Below, piece by piece: positions 60,476-64,000 of a stretch of DNA of 64,000 nt. The notes under the pieces are model-generated. The model did not search any database. It was not told the origin of the DNA and saw nothing but the letters and a program-made list of their open reading frames with translations. Position 1 is the stretch's first letter. Each line of letters begins with the position of its first letter. The DNA lies in IMG/VR virus record IMGVR_UViG_3300010396_000038, positions 204 through 64,203 of that record. One strand, 5' to 3'. This stretch comes from a virus. The position numbers and the translations under genes were made by a program.

Positions 60476-61284
60476 GGCGTCCCTCCGTCAATGTCTGTAT
60501 CAGGCTGCGCGGGCGGCGTGCCGCCGTCGTACGAGTCGACGACGCCGCCGGCCGCGGGGCCGCCGTCCAGGCCGGTCACCGCCGGCGCCGACAGGTCGTC
60601 GGCGATCGGGAAGGCGTCGACCTCGATGCCGACCGCGTCCACGACCGTGAGGTCGCCCGGCGCCGCGTACGGGTTCTGAGCCGGCGTCCGCGGGCCGGCG
60701 GCCGCGGTCACCACGTTGGCGATCATCGCGTTCACGACGAACTGCGCGCGGCAGACGCGGCGCTCGTCCGGGAACGGGAAGACCGTCCTGGGGTACTCGA
60801 CCATCCAGGTGTCGTAGCTCACGGACGAGCCGTCGGGCCAGGCGCCGAGGCCGCCGTGCTGGAGCATGGCGGCGCAGGCGGCCATCCCGAGCATGTCGGC
60901 GTACCCGCGGGCGGAGTCCTCCTCGAGGGGGCCGAGCGACGGCATCGTGGCGCCCGAGTACTGGACGTTGACGCCGACCGCGAGCTCGAACTCCTGGACG
61001 TAGGTGCCAGAGGCGTCGACCCTCATCGGCGCGCCGAACGGCTGCGCGTTCACGATGAAGGTCGGCGTCCAGGACGCCTCCCAGGTGTTGAAGTCGAGGC
61101 CGCCCCGGTAGGACAGGCTCGGGTCCGGCGGCATCGGGATCGTGCGCGGCTCGAGGCCTCCCTGCCGCTCGATCTCGCCGACGTACGTCGGGACCCAGGT
61201 CTCTAGGAACGAGACGATCGCGATCTCGACGTCGCGTCGGGTGACCAGCCGCCCGAAGAGGGCGCCGGGGTCGGTGGTCGGCAT
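60472..61284 (-). CDS. hypothetical structural protein (270 aa)
   Basis: ATGA overlap with the downstream gene; first gene after tRNA-Glu. Confidence 0.45.
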   Translation of the reverse strand: MPTTDPGALFGRLVTRRDVEIAIVSFLETWVPTYVGEIERQGGLEPRTIPMPPDPSLSYRGGLDFNTWEASWTPTFIVNAQPFGAPMRVDASGTYVQEFELAVGVNVQYSGATMPSLGPLEEDSARGYADMLGMAACAAMLQHGGLGAWPDGSSVSYDTWMVEYPRTVFPFPDERRVCRAQFVVNAMIANVVTAAAGPRTPAQNPYAAPGDLTVVDAVGIEVDAFPIADDLSAPAVTGLDGGPAAGGVVDSYDGGTPPAQPDTDIDGGTP

Positions 61285-61302
61285 TCGCCTCCCTTAGGTG
61301 AG

Positions 61303-61375
61303 CACCCCGTGCCGGATTCGAACCGACGACCTCCTGGCTGAGAACCAGGCGTCCTCGCCGCTAGACCAACGGGGC
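61303..61375 (-). tRNA. tRNA-Glu (anticodon CUC)
   Basis: Reverse complement gives acceptor GCCCCGT/ACGGGGT, D-region GGTCTAGCGGCGAGGAC typical of tRNA-Glu, anticodon stem CCTGG/CCAGG with loop TTCTCAG, T-arm GTCGG-TTCGAAT-CCGGC. Confidence 0.75.
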
Positions 61376-61384
61376 GTGGATGCT

Positions 61385-62032
61385 TTAGAAGCCCGTGCAG
61401 CGCCGCATGAGCAGCGCGAAGGCGGGCTGGCCGCGGCGGCCGTTGTGCTCGACCCAGCCGTAACGGAAGCCGTCCGCGGCGTAGGTGAGCTTCCAGACCG
61501 TCTCGTAGTCCCGGCAGAACCAGGACTCGACGATGTCGGCCGTGAGGTTGTGCTCGTGCGCCTCGTGCGGGTGCGTGAGCGCGTTGTTCTCGGCGCAGAG
61601 GATCGCGACGTAGCCGCCGGGCTTCATGGCGTCCTGGATGCGCATGGCGGCCGCGAGGGGGCTCTGGACGTGGTCCAGGCTGTTGGTCGCGATCGCGAGG
61701 TCGAACTTCTCGAGCGGCTCCTCCCAGACGAACTGCTCGGCGTACTGGCCGACGTGGTCTGGGCAGGGCGCGATCTTGCGGTACTCCGCGGACAGCGGGT
61801 CGATCACGATCCTGCTCTTGAAGGGCAGGATGTCCGATAGCGGCAGCGGCCCGCCGCCGATCTCCAGCACGCACATGTTCGACGTGTCGAGCTTGTCCAG
61901 GAGCAGCGCCTTGGCCATGCCGTAGTGCCGCATCCGCTCGCGGCGGAGCTTCTCGGCCTGGCGCTCGGGGTCGTCCATGACCCAGGTGGCGGCCTCGGCC
62001 TCGAGCGTCCTGCGGAGCCTGTCCCGGCTCAC
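61385..62032 (-). CDS. class I SAM-dependent methyltransferase
   Basis: Motif I VLEIGGGPLP; GTGA overlap start. The N-terminal part of ORF 61385..62212 is off-frame. Confidence 0.6.
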   Translation of the reverse strand: MSRDRLRRTLEAEAATWVMDDPERQAEKLRRERMRHYGMAKALLLDKLDTSNMCVLEIGGGPLPLSDILPFKSRIVIDPLSAEYRKIAPCPDHVGQYAEQFVWEEPLEKFDLAIATNSLDHVQSPLAAAMRIQDAMKPGGYVAILCAENNALTHPHEAHEHNLTADIVESWFCRDYETVWKLTYAADGFRYGWVEHNGRRGQPAFALLMRRCTGF

Positions 62033-62391
62033 GACGCTAGGAGTACTGGGATGTTCATGAATGGGTCCAGGTGGTAGGCCAGCGACACGCGGTGCGAGCC
62101 GTCGGCGATGATCAGGCCCTCGTCGTGGGTCACGAGCAGCGGCGGGTGCAGCCTCTTGCCGGACAGGGCCTTCAGGAGCCCCCGCTTGACGCCGGGGTCG
62201 TCCCAACCCCACGGCACGCCGCCCGACGCGCGGACGATGTCGTTCGCCCGGCGCTCGACGACGCCGTTCCGGCGGAGCGCCCGGATCCTCGCGACGGCCT
62301 GCTTCTCGTCCCAGAACAGGGTCAGGTAGTTCAGCGCCGCGTCGAAGTTCGACTGGTTCACGCGGTTCGTGAAGATCTGCAGCTCGCTCAA
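62029..62391 (-). CDS. hypothetical protein (120 aa)
   Basis: TTGA overlap start; high GC3 only in this sub-segment of ORF 62029..62916. Confidence 0.4.
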   Translation of the reverse strand: MSELQIFTNRVNQSNFDAALNYLTLFWDEKQAVARIRALRRNGVVERRANDIVRASGGVPWGWDDPGVKRGLLKALSGKRLHPPLLVTHDEGLIIADGSHRVSLAYHLDPFMNIPVLLAS

Positions 62392-63443
62392 GAGTACCGC
62401 CCCGCGATCTCCTCGTAGATGCTGACGAGACTGCGGGACATCCGCCAACCGGGGTGGTCGCCCTCGAACTGCCTGTTCGAGCTGACCCACCAGCGGTGGT
62501 CGCCTGTCCGGGGCTCGGGGTCGTACTTGGGCCGCCAGCCCTCGTTCCCCGTCAGGCGCGTGAAGGCGCCGATGGCCTCCACCATGGAGCAGGCGTTGTC
62601 CCGCCCGCCGCCGATGTTGTAGACCTTGTGGCCGTGCGGCCCGTCGTGGTACGCCAGGAACGCCGACACCAGGTCCTGCGCGTGAATGTTGCACCGGACC
62701 TGGAGGCCGTCGTAGCCGAAGATCTTGTAGGGCAGGTCGCGCGCCACGCACTTCCCGAGGTACGCCAGGAACCCGTGGAGCTCCACGCCCGCGTGGTCGG
62801 CGCCCGTGAGGCAACCGGGGCGGAAGACCCCGACCTTCATCCCGAAGTACCTGCCGTACTCCTGCGCCACCAGGTCGGCCGAGGCCTTGCTCGCCCCGAA
62901 CAGGGAGTGCAGGCACTGGTCGATCGACATGTCCGGCGTGATCCCGTCGTAGAACCTGTGCGACTGGACCAGGTCCAGCCTGTCCGTGCCGCGGGGGCGC
63001 CTGAGCGGCAGCCTGTTCGGGTTGTCGCCGTAGACCTTGCTCGTAGAGCAGTGGATCACGGTCGCCGCCGGCGCGTGCAGGCGGGTCGCCTCGAGCACGT
63101 TCAGCGTCCCGACCGCGTTCACCCCGAAGTCGGTCATCGGCTCGCGGGCGGCCCAGTCGTGCGACGGCTGCGCCGCGCAGTGCACCACGATCTCGGGGGT
63201 GATCTCCTCCATCAGGGAGGTCATGCGCTCCCCGTCCCGGATGTCGAACCTGCGCCAGTGGAACGCGGCCCGCAGCTCCTCGAGGAGGTCGTACGTGGTC
63301 GCCTGCGTGCTGCCGTCGGGCCCGAAGAAGTACTTCCGCATGTCGTTGTCCACGCCCCAGACGTGGAACCCCCGGGACGCCAGCTGCCGGCAGGCCTCCG
63401 AGCCGATCAGGCCGGCCGAGCCCGTGACGACGGCACGCCTCAA
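62388..63443 (-). CDS. NAD-dependent epimerase/dehydratase (extended SDR)
   Basis: VVTGSAGLIGS Rossmann motif and YGASKASAD (YxxxK). Confidence 0.75.
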   Translation of the reverse strand: MRRAVVTGSAGLIGSEACRQLASRGFHVWGVDNDMRKYFFGPDGSTQATTYDLLEELRAAFHWRRFDIRDGERMTSLMEEITPEIVVHCAAQPSHDWAAREPMTDFGVNAVGTLNVLEATRLHAPAATVIHCSTSKVYGDNPNRLPLRRPRGTDRLDLVQSHRFYDGITPDMSIDQCLHSLFGASKASADLVAQEYGRYFGMKVGVFRPGCLTGADHAGVELHGFLAYLGKCVARDLPYKIFGYDGLQVRCNIHAQDLVSAFLAYHDGPHGHKVYNIGGGRDNACSMVEAIGAFTRLTGNEGWRPKYDPEPRTGDHRWWVSSNRQFEGDHPGWRMSRSLVSIYEEIAGRYS

Positions 63444-63829
63444 CGAACCAGGTCCAGGTCGCCGTCCAGCACTCGGTCGACGTGCGCGGTCGTCCTGCCG
63501 GTGCGGTGGTCCGTGACCCGCCGGTCGACCACGTGGTAGGTCCGGATGCGCTCGGTCGAGCCCGCCGGGGCAGGGCCTACCTCGTCGCCGGCGACCTGCA
63601 CCCCGAGCCAGCGCCTGAACGCAACGCTCTCGGCCATCCGCCGCCACGCGATCTTCGCGTTCTGGCCCTGCTTGCGCTCGTCGCGGCTCTCGCCGCGCGC
63701 GCCCGACGGGGGGTGGATGAACCGCACGCCCGTGTCGCGCTTGTTCTGGTTCTGGCCGCCCTTGCCGCCGCAGCGGAAGGTCTGCCTGACGCAGTCGTCG
63801 GCGGTCACCCGGAGCAGTAGCTCGCGCAT
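63440..63829 (-). CDS. GGQ-domain mini release factor / peptidyl-tRNA hydrolase (RF-1 domain only)
   Basis: FRCGGKGGQNQNKRDTGVRFIHPPSG..ESRDERKQGQNAKIAWRRM..ERIRTYHVVDRRVTDHRTG..LDGDLD aligns with class I RF domain 3 ([63 protein letters not shown]). No codon-recognition (PCRF) domains. Confidence 0.7.
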   Translation of the reverse strand: MRELLLRVTADDCVRQTFRCGGKGGQNQNKRDTGVRFIHPPSGARGESRDERKQGQNAKIAWRRMAESVAFRRWLGVQVAGDEVGPAPAGSTERIRTYHVVDRRVTDHRTGRTTAHVDRVLDGDLDLVR

Positions 63830-63838
63830 GCTGCCCCT

Positions 63839-64000
63839 ACTGGCTCTTGTACCAGGGCGTCGCCGCGCCGACGTCGTCGGCCGACGGGAAGTTCGTCCCG
63901 TCGAAGCGCCAGGCCCGGTCGTCGAGGTACAGCTCCGCGTTCGGCTTCTCCACGGGGATGGTGATGCACCCCATGGCCCGCGGCGAGACGCCGTTCTCGA
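63839..64000 (-). CDS. hypothetical protein, C-terminal fragment (gene continues beyond the window end)
   Basis: High-GC3 frame ending ..DDVGAATPWYKSQ* with a TAG at 63839..63841. Confidence 0.4.

Noticed and set aside
61303-61375. tRNA-Glu as the integrase attachment site
   Set aside because: The integrase lies about 39 kb away. No copy of the tRNA 3' end was found near the integrase or elsewhere in the window. Kept only as a possible module or prophage boundary.
1-64000. CRISPR arrays, IS elements/transposases, rRNA, group I introns or inteins in PolA, RNR or ThyA
   Set aside because: No regularly spaced direct repeats, no transposase-like ORFs and no rRNA-like segments were seen. The PolA, RNR and ThyA-family translations are colinear with their families and show no large insertions.

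Overview
High-GC (about 70%) DNA with the gene layout of an actinobacteriophage genome or prophage. Coding frames were chosen by GC3 bias, start/stop overlaps (ATGA, GTGA, TTGA) and motif recognition, because every reading frame carries long spurious ORFs. The window has three blocks. (i) 1..1863: a reverse-strand ribonucleotide reductase gene that runs off the left edge and is absent from the ORF track because it has no in-window stop. (ii) 1987..38559: about 75 tightly packed, translationally coupled forward-strand genes. These include nucleotide-metabolism and base-modification enzymes: dCMP deaminase, a TMK-like kinase, a thymidylate-synthase-family enzyme with an Asn->Asp change at the base-specificity position, HD, MazG-like and NDT-like nucleotide-pool enzymes, and a C5-cytosine methyltransferase. 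They also include a replication and recombination set: PolA, SNF2 helicase, RuvC-like resolvase, Cas4-like exonuclease, Sak4-like ATPase, an SSB-like protein and two DEDD exonucleases. An RNA-repair set is present (Rnl1-family RNA ligase, Thg1-like protein, metallophosphoesterase), as is a tyrosine integrase. An amidoligase / peptidase-C26 gamma-glutamyl hydrolase (with a C-terminal C2H2 finger) / GGCT-like cassette is bracketed by a repeated 19-bp palindromic motif and promoter-like elements. The block also holds an NAD+ salvage pair (NadM-Nudix plus NAMPT), a (p)ppGpp-hydrolase-like HD protein, many small ORFans, and tRNA-Trp(CCA) and tRNA-Arg(CCU). (iii) 38625..61284: a reverse-strand tail morphogenesis module with tape measure, G/GT chaperones with a putative -1 frameshift, an M23 tail lysin, a CBM-repeat protein, a tail-collar fibre, and tandem paralog arrays including three pectate-lyase-fold tailspike-like genes. 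It is followed by tRNA-Glu(CUC) and reverse-strand metabolic-type genes: a SAM methyltransferase, an NAD-dependent epimerase, and a GGQ-domain mini release factor / peptidyl-tRNA hydrolase. No CRISPR array, IS element or rRNA was seen. All functional calls rest on motif recognition by eye; none was verified by a database search.
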